A stretch of 64,000 nt of DNA from the human T2T-CHM13v2.0 reference genome, Homo sapiens. A program made the position numbers and the translations under genes. Shown in pieces: positions 45,641 through 59,080 of the stretch. The stretch is from the NCBI RefSeq assembly GCF_009914755.1, contig NC_060925.1. One strand, 5' to 3'. Every line of letters begins with the position of its first letter. Within the stretch, counting starts at the first letter, position 1. The notes under the pieces are model-generated. The model saw only the letters and a program-made list of their open reading frames with translations. It was not told where the DNA came from and ran no database searches.

Positions 45641-47678
45641 GAAGCCTCTAACTCATCCATCTACCCAAACGCCTGTGTTAGGGCTTTTCGCCTGTCAAAA
45701 AACGATCCCAATATCCTCTCAGAGCTCATATGCCAAGGACACTTTTTTTAAAGTTAACTTTAAAATATTGCCATCTAGCAGTTTAGTAAGTTCCCTGACA
45801 CATTGAATAACATCTCCTCTCTCCAGCAAGTGAGGATGGGGTCAATCTAAAATAGATATTTGCCAGTGGTCAAGACTGGATGCCTGGACTTGATTGATGT
45901 TTCCAGGACAGCCACTGAGTGGGTTGCACAGCCCACACCATTGACCTCATGAATCTTTTCCTTAATCCAGAGAGAAAATTAGCTCCTGCCTTTGAAGAAT
46001 GACATCTGCCCCTGAAGCTATATTCCCTCTGCTGAACAAGAGCAGTCCTGATCTTTCTTCCCAAAACTCAGTCTGAGAGGCAGCTCCCTTTGGGGACTGA
46101 GATGATACCTGCCATTTCCAAATCTGTCCCGCGTCCCTCCAAGTGCCAATCCACATCTCTCCTCTATCCTCATGTCCTGTCCAAGGCTCCCACCTTTCAC
46201 ATTCTCCATACCTAGGATAAGCTGCTGCTGCTGAGAGCACCTGCTGTTATCAGAGAAAAGCAAGAGGCAATTGTCCATTACTATCTCAAATGCCTCCTGC
46301 TTAAATCAGTGTGGGGATTACCGTTGGACAGCTCAAAAATGATATACTGGGAGCCAATTTCTCTTTCCCCCATGGTCAGTCACCTTCCACCTGGCAGAGT
46401 AATCCTCAAAGCTCATTTAGGAATCCAGCTCATCTTGGTCCCTTTAATAGCCTTAAAGGGACAAGCTGATTCCCCAGGGTTGGTAATTTACTATCCTGAT
46501 ATCATCCTCTTGGGAGAAAAAGAGGGAGGCTCCAGCTAAAGGCTCCCTCCTCCTGAGATCTTGGGCTACATTCCTGCCTCTCCCCTTTCTTTTTTTCTTT
46601 TCATCTACCCCTCCCACAAACAGTGAAGTACAAAGACAGTGAAAAGTCTTGTGAATCTCTAACCAGTAGGCATTTTTGCAAGAGGAAAGTTGTGATTATT
46701 TCAGCTCCTAAAGTGCTTGGGGCACTTACACTGTTTTTCGTTGCTCTAAACTGTCTGCCTGCTATTTGGAAAGGGTAGGGTGATGCCAGGTCATGATATT
46801 TCACTTGTTGGAGAAGATAGTTCTCATGTAAAAAACACTATAATCACATCAGTTTGATAAAATGCTTCACAATTGAAGACTCCATCCCCATTTCCACTTG
46901 GAATATTTAACTTCTACAATATTCCAGTTTAGGAAAAGCATCATGGATTCAGGGTAACCTGATTTTAGGATTTCAAGACAGCAAAAGAGTAATCTCAAAT
47001 GTGTCTTCAACCCAAGGTGTCATTAACATGGCTCACCTTATTTGGTCAGTGCCCCTCTGGGCATAATTCTGAAGGCAAGGACTCAGGAACGTACTTACGG
47101 AGCCTTCCATTGGTTGCCAAAAGTAGATGACCTAAACATCTATACACATCTATGTAAACAGCAAGCACAAACAGCCCATTTGAAAAACACGTGGAGACAC
47201 TGATAACAAGGACACAGGTAGACCAGGAAACAGACAGAAGCCAATGGATTGCCAAGTGGACAAAGGATAGCAGTCACCAGGAAGATTCTACACCAAAAAG
47301 CTTAGGCCAAGATAGAAGGGTGCTAGATCAGATCAGTGTGTAGACAAAGCATTCTCAGTCCTTTCTTCTATGATTGAGCAACCCTAGAGAACTCTTAAAG
47401 GATAAACGTCCATTAGAAAATTCCTACCTAGTCACCCACTTTCATGTTCTACCAGTCCAGACTCAATTAGATACAGAGACACTAAGTACCACAAAGCCTC
47501 CTCTGAGCAAGAAGACCCCTTCAAGATCCTCAAGATCCACCTTTAAGAAATGCTTAAAGGTAGAGGGGCATAGACTTACTTGAAAATCTGTGGGGATGAG
47601 AGAAGAGGGAAGCTATAGACTCTCCCTTTCAAAAAATCTCACATATACAGAATCTTTATTTATAATTTCACAAAGCTC

Positions 47679-47999
<321 letters not shown>

Positions 48000-50515
48000 T
48001 CATGACACACAGCCAAATAAGAAATCTCTAATGTAAGCTCCAGCAACAATGCCTAGCAGAGAAATGAATCAATTTATGCATTCATTCCACAAAGTTATAT
48101 TAAATGTGTACAAAGTGCCTAGACCTATGCTAGAGGACATGGGAGAATATAAAGGAAAAAAAAAAGACACTTTTCGTCCCCCAAGAAAGTTCAGTGAGGT
48201 ATGAAAGCGCTAAGAGGGACTGCTGGCTAAATGACTTAGTGGGGGCTGGTGACTTCCCTTTCCCCAGAGTTCATTTCCACTGACTGATTCCTGTGGGAAT
48301 GGGGACCTCCCTATGGAAAAAAACCTCAATTCTCAGTATGGGGAATTCAGAAACAAATAGGGTTTTCTGAAAAACTGGGATAAGTTTGAGAAAGATCCTG
48401 ATGAAGGCCAAACTACAATGGAGGTGTGTGAGATCCACCTCTGGAAAGCAGTCTACTCTGAGAGAAGAAAGAACCTGCCTAGCATGATGAGGTGGGCTTA
48501 GCAGCATAGCACAGGGAGTGGGGAAGAGAACTGGTTCCACTACAGCAGGGAGCGACTGAATGAAGCCTCCTACAAGCACATATTTTTTCCAAGAAAACAA
48601 AAGCTTGTCTATAAGCATTAACAAATCTTTAATTTTAGAGGCCCAAGCAACACTGCTCTGGAGACCCTCCAAAAAAGTACAACACAGAGAAAAAGTAGTT
48701 ATTCACCTTCCAGAAAGTGAGGTGACAACTGGAGACCTGGTAAAAGAAGGACTATCAGTTAACAGCTCAGGGGGAGCAGCAGTGGGTAGAGCTGTAGTGT
48801 GAGTGAATGGTGCCAACCCAAGTAGAACAACGAAACATGCAGCTCCCAGAGGAAACATTAGTGGTCAAAGAGTGGAATGCATCAGCTTTATAGGCTGCAT
48901 CCCAAGAAGAATGACGTGACTGTGGCTTGATACAGAAGCACAGGTAGTTAGCACTAAGCTGATTGGAGAAAGGAGGAAGATGGCAAGTGGGAAATGCTCC
49001 AATCATGGCAGCTGTGGAGAGACTTATGGAGCTATGGCTAGGCAGAAAGTGAGGGCAGCGGCATGGGAAGTGGCTCCAATTTCTACCGGCACAAGAGACC
49101 TTTGAGCAGAGATTCCTGGCATCCAGTAATGTTGCAGGTACAGGCCCCCAAGCTAGGTATCAATATTAGTGCCATCTCATTTGCCAAACAGACTGATGAG
49201 CCCCGCAAGCATTTAGATGACACAGACACAACATCATGGCTGATGTTCAAAATTTCTAAGAAACCCGTATGACATAGGCATCAGCTGGTAAGAAGAAACA
49301 CCAGCCAAGGACTAGAGCTGGGTAATGGAGACGCCTTACCGCACCAGGTGTTAACCCTTAATCGTTAGATCACAAGATCTAGAGAGGTGCCAGAGAAGGT
49401 GCCAGGACAGCCTGGATGATGGTTGGGCAATTTAATTAGGGATTTAGAGTAACAGTTATTTACTAACCACCAAAGAATTATTTTGATATTTTAACAAGCT
49501 ATACAACCATGTAGGACGATACCAGCGGAATATCAACCCTAGACAAAGTTAAGCAAGAATACAGAGCACTACTTGAGTAAATGTCACTTGAGAGGCATTG
49601 TCAATGCTAGAGGATGTCATCAGGAAGAAATAGCCCCATTGGCTGAAGAGGAAGACTAAAGGCAGGCTGTTTGCTAAACAGGAACTTTCATTCTAGAAAT
49701 CAGAGAGCTGGGTTCTGATCCTGACCCAGCCTCTTCCTAGTCCTGCAACTTCAGACATCACTGTTCAAATGTGAGAAGACTTATAGGGAACAAACACCAT
49801 GGCAAAGCAGGCATGGATCAGACCATGGAAGGCTGTGAGTGCCAGGCAAAGGGGCGTAAACTATAAAGCCATGCTGTGGAAGAAGACAATATTGCCCAGG
49901 GGTGTGGGATAAGAATGAAGGCTTCAAGTTCCTCAGTAACATATTTCCTGAGCAGGTGTTTGGCTAGAGATCTGAATATTGTTATTGTCATGTGGCCAAA
50001 AAGAAAATGTCAACAGCAACATTTAATAGATTTGGTAGGAATAATATAAGAAATCTACGCACAAGGAGAACTAGCAATGATTTGAGCCCTGTCCAAGTGA
50101 CTGCCACCAGCCATTATGCAGAAAAAGAACACAAGGAAGGAAAAATAACAAGGCATCATAGGAACACAACTCAAAGGACGGCAATCAATGGGCTTATGTG
50201 CAGCCTGGGAAATGAACAGAGAGCAGGAGAGAAAAAAAAGAATGGCCAGATTCCTACAAAGCCACTGCTGCCACAGGTCAAAAGACTGCTGGGCAGATGA
50301 TAACCACTCATTTTAGAATTGGATCTGAGCAGGAAGTGGCAAAGCATACTTAATGTCCTGGAACTTGCCTCCTCTTCTCTGAAGGCTAGAAGGAAAAGAG
50401 GTGATGTAGATAGCGCCACACGGCATGAATATTGTAAATGACAGGGGGGTGAAGCTCAGATCTGCATGTTGCAATGCCTATGCAGACCTGCCACTGGGGC
50501 CCCTGATGTGAATGA

Positions 50516-50833
<318 letters not shown>

Positions 50834-51233
50834 TGGAAACTGCATTCTAACGCTTATCTGAATACCTAAACACTGTCTTGTATCGCTTTGGAGTTTTATT
50901 TGTTAATTTAATTACTCTACTAAACTCTAAATTCCACAACGGCATTGGGTGTGACTTGCACTATTTTGTTGTTGATATTGTTGTTTTTGTTTTAAACAAC
51001 ACACAATGCTTTGTATTCTGCTGGAAATATATTGGGAGGTATTTAACGAGTAATTATTGAAATGTATTTAAGTGAAATCATTCATTCAACAAGAATTTAC
51101 TGAATGCATGCTATGATCCAGTTGCTAGATCAAAGCAAGGGAGAAAGTAGACTCAAGCATAGTGTAGGTACTCAGTAAATATGTGCTCCGATACTGTGAA
51201 GCACAAAGTGCCAAGAAGTCTATGGAACTTCTT

Positions 51234-51548
51234 TTCTTTCTTTCTTTTTTTTTTTTTTTTTTTTTTGAGACAGGATATTGCTCTGTCACCCAGGTTGGAG
51301 TGTAGTGGCATAATCATAGCTCACTGTTGCCTCAAACTCCTGGGCTAAATAGATCCTCTCACCTCGGCTTCCCAAGTAGCTAGGAATACAGGCATATATC
51401 ACTACATCTGGCTACTTTTTAAATTTTTTGTAGAGATGGAGTCTTGCTATGGTTTCCAGGCCAATCTTGAACTCCTGGCCTCAAGTGAGCCTCACACCTT
51501 GGCACCCCAAAGTGCTGGGATTAGAGGCATGAGCCAACACACCTGGCC
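51234..51548 (-). mobile_element. AluJ
   Basis: ATCATAGCTCACTG...AACTCCTGGGCT (J-type). Degenerate TSD TATGGAACTTCTT (51221-51233) / TGTGGGACTTCTT (51549-51561). Confidence 0.9.
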
Positions 51549-51789
51549 TGTGGGACTTCTTAACCTAGATTTCTCTGAAGAGGAGAAGCATCAGAAAGCA
51601 GTAAACTTTTTAAGTTGCCATCACAAGATGTGTTGCCCCAGCAGGCAATGATACTAGAAACTATCACATCACTAGGGGAAGCATTCAAGACCACTTCAAC
51701 AGAATTTGTTGTCCACCATACCAGCACCAAACCCATTTTGCTTCACATTTTGGCTTTCTCTGGCCTGCCCAGAAGTCTCTAGAGAGATT

Positions 51790-52765
51790 CAGGAAAATAT
51801 TGCATCTACAAAACAAGAACAAGATGCTATAAAAAAAGGATTAAGAAATTAGAAATTAAGGGGTTGGACAGTCTCAAAAAATGTATAAATAAAAAATTAA
51901 AAAGAGCTGGAAAAAATAAGAGACATAGCCATTCAATCCAGGAGATCCAGCATTGACTAAGAGCAGTTCCAGAAAGTTGGAGCAGAGAAACAGAGAAGAG
52001 GGGACTATCAAAAAAATAACAGGAGACAATTTCCCAGAATTGAACGTAGACATTAGATTCAAAATGTAAGTACCAACAAAATTCTAATTAGTGTAAATGA
52101 AAGACACATGCACAGGTATGTTCATTGCAGCACTATTCACAATAGCAAAGACATTGAATCAATATAAATGCCTATCGACGATAGACTGGATAAAGAAAAT
52201 CTGGTACATGTACACCATGAAATGCTACGCAGCCATAAAAAGAAAGAGAACACATACTTTGCAGGGCATGGATGGAACTGGAGACCATTATCCTTAATAA
52301 ACTAACACAGGAACAGAAAACCAAATACCATATGTTCTCACTTATAAGCGGTAGCTAAATGATGAGAACACGTGGACACATACAAGGGAACAACACACAC
52401 TGGGACTTTTTGGAGGGTGGAGATTGGGAGGAGGGAGAGGATCAGGAAAAATAACTAATGGGTACTGGGCTTAATACCTGGGCGACAAAATAATATGCAC
52501 AACAAAACCCCATGATACAAGTTTACCTATGTAACCAACCTGCCTAAGTACCCCTGAACTTAAAATAAAAGAAAAAGAAAGACCCACCCCTAGACAGATC
52601 TTTTTGAAATTTCAGAATACTAAGACTAAAGCAATAATAAAGTCTTCCCACAAGGGTGGGGAAGCAAAATAAAATAGGCCATTGATCAAACAAGAATCAG
52701 ACTGATGTCAAATGTCAAATTGCTCATCAGCAACACTGAATGCTAAAAGACAACTGAGTGACATT
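51790..52765 (+). mobile_element. Ancient L1M 5'/ORF1-region fragment
   Basis: AATTTCCCAGAATTGAA, TGAAATTTCAGAATACTAAGACTAAAG, GAATCAGACTGATGTCA...TCATCAGCAACACTGAATGCTAAAAGACAA. Confidence 0.6.
52100..52578 (+). mobile_element. L1PA (PA15/16-like) 3'-end fragment inserted in L1M
   Basis: ORF2 C-terminus [18 protein letters not shown]...DWIKKIW and 3'UTR GGGAGAGGATCAGGAAAAATAACTAATGGGTACT...CCCCTGAACTTAAAATAAAA; GAAAGAC on both sides. Confidence 0.85.
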
Positions 52766-53129
52766 TTACATTACCCACTTAATTTTGCTGTCACGCCAAA
52801 TCTGTGAGATAGCTACTCTATTGATGTGTCCTTCCATGTCGAGGGAACTCCACATGGGTAACGTTCCTGAACTCTCTCCATCTCTTCTCAGGGAGGAGTG
52901 ACTTAATGCAATTTGTGAGTTGGATTACACATGAACTGCACATGTGGAGATCCAACTCCTTCTTCCTTTCCCCTTTTCTTAGGAACAAGTTTCCCATGGG
53001 AAGCATAATTGTGCTCTGCCTCTACAGGCTGCAAAGCAACCAGCTCTCACCCCTCATGGAGATGTCTGCTCAGTCCTATGGCTCCGCATTTGAAGCCTGC
53101 TTGCCTGCGGATACATGATATTTCACCTC

Positions 53130-53801
53130 ATGGAAGGCACCATCAGTGAAAGTGGCATGATGATTTTATGTATCACAAAGAAAGAAAAACACTGACCATG
53201 AAGCAATACTTTCCATTCTATCACTTTGAATTTTTTAATGCTTACTGAATAAGATTGTTTCTTTCAAACATACATGTTTATGACATGTCACTCTTTTGTG
53301 TACATAAAAAGGAAAATAAATTGCTAATGCATACCTTTAAAATTCACATTTAGAGTCTGTTTTGAATCACATTTTGACTCAGAGTTATGTAGCTACATGA
53401 TTTACAAAAATATATATATATTTCCTCCTTGCCATCAAGATACAGCCTTGGTTTCTTATTATTCTGGAATTTTCTTCCAAGCTGAAGACATCCATTCTGT
53501 TAGCATTCTGTCTTTTAGAAGACAGCAAAGGAAGGTTTTAGACAACAACCAGGACTTTTTAATTTATTCTTCCCTAAATGGTTCTTAGTATTTTATTGAT
53601 GGAAACATCAAGAGATGCAGTGGCCTGGTTTGCCACCAAGAATAACCCAAGTTCATGTGTGTGCAGGCACTAACAACTATGTCACGACTGCCACTTGGCC
53701 AGCAGCAACTGTAACATGCCAATTGATTGTGAAATGCACCCTCAGTGAAAAGATGTTAAATGTGAAGGGAAAGTACCTTTTAGTATCAATAAAATACAGT
53801 A
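53130..53801 (-). mobile_element. Tc2-family DNA transposon remnant (Kanga/MER104-like)
   Basis: The minus-strand terminus TACTGTATTTTATTGATACTAAAAGGTAC...TTCACATTTAACATC...GGGTGCATTTCACAATCAATTGGC resembles the recalled MER104/Kanga2 end. Confidence 0.5.
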
Positions 53802-53909
53802 GCCATACTCTTTAGTACCAGCTTAATCACTAATAAAACGGATGTTCAGTTTCTCTTCTACTTTATTATTTTGTTGTGTTTTTCAATTTGTTCAAAACTT
53901 GGATAGGAA

Positions 53910-54085
53910 AGAGGGCTGCCATTTATTGGGTCCCTTCGAATCCCAATGGGAAGTACCGCTGTTATCCCTATTTTACAAGTTAAAAAAGGAGGCTCAGTAA
54001 AGTTAAATAACTTTCCCAAGGATGCACAACTCAGGGGCACAATTGAACTGAATCCTGGATTGCTGTACTGCAGCACTAACCAGCA
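53910..54085 (-). mobile_element. MIR
   Basis: GTTATCCCTATTTTACAAGTTAAAAAAGGAGGCTCAGTAAAGTTAAATAACTTTCCCAAGG. Confidence 0.7.
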
Positions 54086-54329
54086 AGTTCACTGCCCTTT
54101 GTAAACCACCCAGTGAAAGAGCTTTAAAGGATGGGTACCAGCTAACTTTGAGAAGGACTAAAAATGTGCATGGTCTTTTCAGGAACCTCTAAGCTTTCCT
54201 CACTGCTGGAGGGCAGAAAGTAACACAAAGGGGGTGTATGAAAAAAGAGCAAAAGGGAGCATTGCCCTTTGCAAGGATGATAGTCAATTTTGTAAAATAA
54301 TTTTTTTTTTCTAGCTTAAACATGGTTGC

Positions 54330-55450
54330 CAGGGAAGCCTTCTCTACTTTTGCACTCCAGGTGAAGAGGCTCTGTGATCTGATCCCATGGTAACTTGTAC
54401 TTCTTCAATCTTAGAACTTATCACACTTTACTGTAATTACTGGTTTAACCATCTCTAACTACAAATAAGCTCTGTGAGCAGAAGATTGATTCTATCTAAG
54501 TCGTCATCATATTCCCAGAATTCAGTATGGGAACTGGCACAGAGTAGGTACCCCAAAACTGGCTGGCATCTGAACACACAACCCAGTTAGTGGTGGCATG
54601 GTCTAGACAGCAAACAGGGATATTACTTAAAAACAAGGGGAACTATTGGATAAATTTAAATATTAGACCAATGTAACCAGGGTTATGTTTTGGAGAGATG
54701 TCTCTGGCTACAAGGCCAAAGGGAATTAGAGGGAACAGAGTAAATACAGAGAGATAGTTAGGAGGCTACCACAGTGGCCTGGACATGAAGTCCTGCAGCA
54801 AGAAGGTGACAATGATGGGATGTCATTAGCATTTAAGTAATACATAGTGGATTCATGAGAGACCTGCATAAGGAAAGGGCTGATGAAGAAACCTGGGGAA
54901 TACAAACATGGAAGAGATGAGTGGGAAAGAAGAGTCCATTAAAGGAGGCCAAGAGGAAGCGTCTAGAGAAATATGAAGAACAGAAGAGCCCTATGTCAGA
55001 GACACTGAAGGAGAACAGAATTTATAGAAGGAGGAGGAAGATGTGATCAACACGTTCAAATTCAGCCAAGGGTAGAAGTAAGATTTCCATGGGATTAGAA
55101 ATAAGAGGTCATTTATGGCCTTGAAAAAGCAGTTCGCCTGCAGTGGACATGGAGGCCTTTTCTGAGCTGAGGCTGGGAAATGAGAGCATTCGAGAGAGCA
55201 TTTGAGAAAGTTTAATTTTCTAGGAGTGTCAATGCGAAGAGAAGAGAACAACTAGATAACAAGGAAGCGAATGTAAAAGGCAAGGAGAATTGTTTTGTCA
55301 TTCAATCAGATTGAGGATGTAAGTAAACTGGGGGTGAGAAGCCATTAGAGAGGGAGAGAGTGAAGACGTGGAGAAGGGATATGTCTGACTCAGTGAGGTC
55401 TCCCACTACCTGGGAAGGTCTTTGCAGACCAACTGGATACTGTGAGCTTC
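54330..55450. mobile_element. L2 fragments (plus ~54330-54560; minus ~54660-55450)
   Basis: ATAAGCTCTGTGAGCAG...CTGGCACAGAGTAGGTAC; GTTAGGAGGCTACCACAGTGGCC; GAGGTCATTTATGGCCTTGAAAAAGCAGTT. Confidence 0.55.
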
Positions 55451-57319
55451 CATAACAAGGGACACCCAAGGCTGTATGTGTTGACTTCCTGGGAATCAAT
55501 GCAGAGGGATTATGTTCTACTCAAGGGACGTCAGGATAAATGGAAAGAGAGAAGTGGAAGGAAAGGGGAGAAGGACATCACTCTCATCAATCAGATAAAT
55601 CACTCCTCTTTCAGCAAGAAGGCACAAATGAAAGGAAGAAGGACCAGAAATATTCCCTTTATATTGGAATGTGCAAAGAAATCCCCTCTGTGCCCATGGA
55701 TAAGAAGTAGAGTAAATATGAACTACACCATCCAACTCCCACCCCTACCCCTAACCCAGGGCAGTTCCCCAGCCCTCAACCTAGTTATTAAGGCCACTGC
55801 AGGAGAGTAACAGAGAAGTCTGGTGCTGGGTTCCTTTCCAAGATATGTCAGAGCTTGACAGCAGAGGGTAATAGCTATTGGTGGGAGGGTCCTGCTTCAT
55901 TTATTTGAACAGGCTCAGAGAGAATATCTCAGTTTTGATGTGTGGGCATGAGAACAAACCCGGTGGGCTCTATGAAGATCCAAAGATCAATACCCATAAG
56001 CTATCCAAAGGCTATGCATAAGGCCTGATCGTTGAACAATTTCACATCCCAAGCACACCAAACATTTGTGATTCCCAACACATTTTTGCAAACCATTTGA
56101 TTTCGCTTGGAACAGACTGCTGTCAGGAGGAACATTTTCCAGGTGGGAAGTTCCCCTTTGTTTCACCCTTGGCAGCCCTTCCTGACATTCTCAGGCACAT
56201 ATCTGCACTCTTCTGCTGTGAACCTTTTCCCTCTAACCCTTTCCGGGGCTAATGGAACCCTCTCAGCAGCAAATCATTCCTTGAGCCTGTATTACATCTC
56301 TTCTTCCCAGGATTTGCTCCATGGTTATAATTGGCTGCATTCTGCTCCCCTCTGTCCATAACACCATAGATCATACAGGCAGAGATGGATCCCTAGTGAA
56401 CTAGAACAAGCTTATGGCTTCAGGAAGGCATTAAGATATGTATATTTTATTTTATCATTCTTTGGGTATAGGGTAGACAAGGCTTGTGTCTTCCTAAACA
56501 CCCTCCCTGGCTAAATAGTATATGGATAAACAATGCATTATGTAGGTTACATCCAATAAAATCCAAAGGCCACTTATAGGGGAAAACAAGTCCAAAACCT
56601 TCCCTTCTCATGACTCTTTTCTTTGTGTGATTGATGAAGTCTGCACTTCTGTTGCAGAACATGAACTCAGTTAAAACAGTTCCTATACATTGCTGCTGGA
56701 ATCACTTTTGAATGTCCCCATCCTATAAACATATCATATTATAATATCAATGTGAAACCTGCTCACTTTATTGCCTCAGTCCCTTCACAGTTCATTGGTT
56801 TACCAGATGCCAAGCATACATCCCCTTTACTGTGTGTGTATGTGTTTTATGGTGGAGGATGCATTATCAGTCCCATCCAAAGTTTCTCGCTGAGGTTTTT
56901 CCTATCAATTGTTTCCTTATGGTTCGTAGCATATGGACAGTTTATTCTCTCATCAATCCTCAATGGGCCATTCATGTCCTTGATAATAATAACAGCATTA
57001 ATGGATGTGTTCCCATTTCAGGATATACCATTATCTCAAGCTAATTTAATTAAACAGCACCACAGCCCTGTGTCCCTGCTTTCTATTGTTCATCATGCTG
57101 TTCTCCCACACCCCAAAAGAATGAGTTCCTGAGCTGATAAAGCTCATTCTTCCATTTTGAGAAGCATGGAGGGTCATTGGATGAGGGTTCATGGAGACTA
57201 GAATTGGTTAGTGGGTGCAGAGTCACAAGGGGAAGACAAGAAAGGATTAGGCAAAGAAATTAAAGTTCTTTCTACCCAAGAGTTTTGTGGTCTAATAAAA
57301 TGAGCATGGACAGAAGTTG

Positions 57320-57505
57320 ATGCAAATCACAGCTCTGCCACCTACCAGGTTTTGACCTTGGAAAATTTGAGTGCTTTTAGTTTTGATGTCTTCATCTATA
57401 AAATGGACATAAGAATAGACTTTTAAATGGCTGTTTAAAAGAATTAACAACATAATGTAAGTAGAGTCCTTAGCACATGGTTGGAACTTTACCAATGTTA
57501 GCTTC
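57320..57505 (+). mobile_element. MIR
   Basis: CAGCTCTGCCACCTACCAGGTTTTGACCTTGGAAAATT...CTTCATCTATAAAATGG. Confidence 0.7.
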
Positions 57506-57824
57506 TTTCAGCTTCTTCATGTCTCTCAACCTGTTTCTGCAGTGGATGCTGTTAGTATATACTGCAGGTGTGTGCTGCTCTACACAGAAGGTGTGTTTCT
57601 AAATAAAGGGTGTAAATTAAATTAGAGAAATGAGTCATATTTTAAATGTAGTGGAGAGTACGCTGTTTAAAGTTCTGAGGTGTTGCATTCTCTTCTGAAA
57701 CAAAATCACCTTGTTACCCATAACAAGTGTGCATAAAGCAATAGACTGTTGTACAACAGACTTTCTAGAGCTGAGTGATAGAACTTCCTCTTCTCTGTGG
57801 TCACTGAAATAATGATACTGTCAC

Positions 57825-58022
57825 TTAATAACATTTACTGAGAGCTTACTATGTATACTTTGCTAGTATTTTATTTGTATTATTTACATTCTCTGTGAAA
57901 TACATACCATATTATCCCCATCTTATGGATGACAAAACTGAGACATAGAAAGGTCATGCCACATGTTCAAGGTCACATAGTGAGTGGCAAGCTCAAATTT
58001 AAACTCTAGCAGTCTGGCTCTC
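57825..58022 (-). mobile_element. MIR
   Basis: AACATTTACTGAGAGCTTACTATGT...ATTATCCCCATCTTATGGATGACAAAACTGAGACATAGAAAGGTCA...CAAGGTCACATAG. Confidence 0.75.
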
Positions 58023-58710
58023 CTGAGAGACCTTAGAGTGGGAGCTCATTTTAAATGGAACCCCAGAAGAAACACTTAAAATGTCTATCTTCCTTAACCC
58101 AAGGCTTCTTAAGAACCTAAATTGTATTTTGTATTCATCTGAAGAACCTCTAATTGTACTCTCAATTTAAGGTTCTTAAGCATGTAATTGTACTCTTAAA
58201 GTTTTCTTTAAAACTGCATTTGCCCCTTAGACCACAACTAAAATCTGCCACCTGGCTGCTCATCCTGCCAGAAAAACAAGATGGATGGCATTTTAGAGTT
58301 CATCTTAAACTTTGCAATTCCCTGGGCTCTTCCGAAAGACCAAAAGTCTCACTCTGTCCATCCTTATGTGAACTCATGCTATCTAGGACCCTGCTTGTGC
58401 ATTAGACTTTGAGATCTAGAGAAGTAGAATGGGAACGTTGAAGAGTCTGGGAAGGTACAGAACGGAGAAGGTGTAAGTAAGCCTCATCAATTTAATCAAT
58501 CGAGATTGAAGAAAGAAGGTAGGAATCTAATTACTCATTATCAACTATGCACCAAACCTCATGCTGGGTATTTTCAACCAGGCTGGGCAGGAGGGGTGTC
58601 TAGGGTGTAAAATTTAAGGAGGTTCTCACTCCCAGCGTTGTGCAAGTACATCAGTCCTGATTTTCATACGCTCATTTTACTTAACCATCAGGGAAAACTT
58701 GATAGGTGAG

Positions 58711-59080
58711 TGTCTTAGTTCATTCAGGCTGCTATAACAAAATACCTTAGATTGAGTAATTTGTAAACAACAGACATTTATTGCTAACATTTCTGGGGCC
58801 TGAGAGGTCCAAAACCAAGGCTCCAGCAGATTCAGTGTCTGGCTAGGGCCCACTCCTCATTGATGGCACTTTCTAGCTGTGTGCTTGCATGTCAGAAAGG
58901 CTGAGGAAACTTCCTTAGGCCTCTTTTATAAGGGTTCTAATCCCATTCATGAGGAGTCCATCCTCATGATACCACTCAAAAACTTCCTAAAGACCCTACT
59001 TCTTAATACCATCACTTTGGGGGTTAGGTTTCAATGTGTAAATTTTGGGGGGACACATGCTATGTGTTCAGATCCCAGCA
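58711..59080 (-). mobile_element. MLT1A-like (ERVL-MaLR) solo LTR
   Basis: TGTCTTAGTTCATTCAGGCTGCTATAACAAAATACC...CCAGCAGATTCAGTGTCTGG...TAATCCCATTCATGAGG...TCTTAATACCATCACTTTGGGGGTTAGG...CAGCA. Confidence 0.85.

Noticed and set aside
48200-49560. Possible very old LTR/ERV-derived or exonic sequence (133-aa ORF 48271-48672)
   Set aside because: No recognisable protein motif, splice structure or repeat family that I can support by eye.
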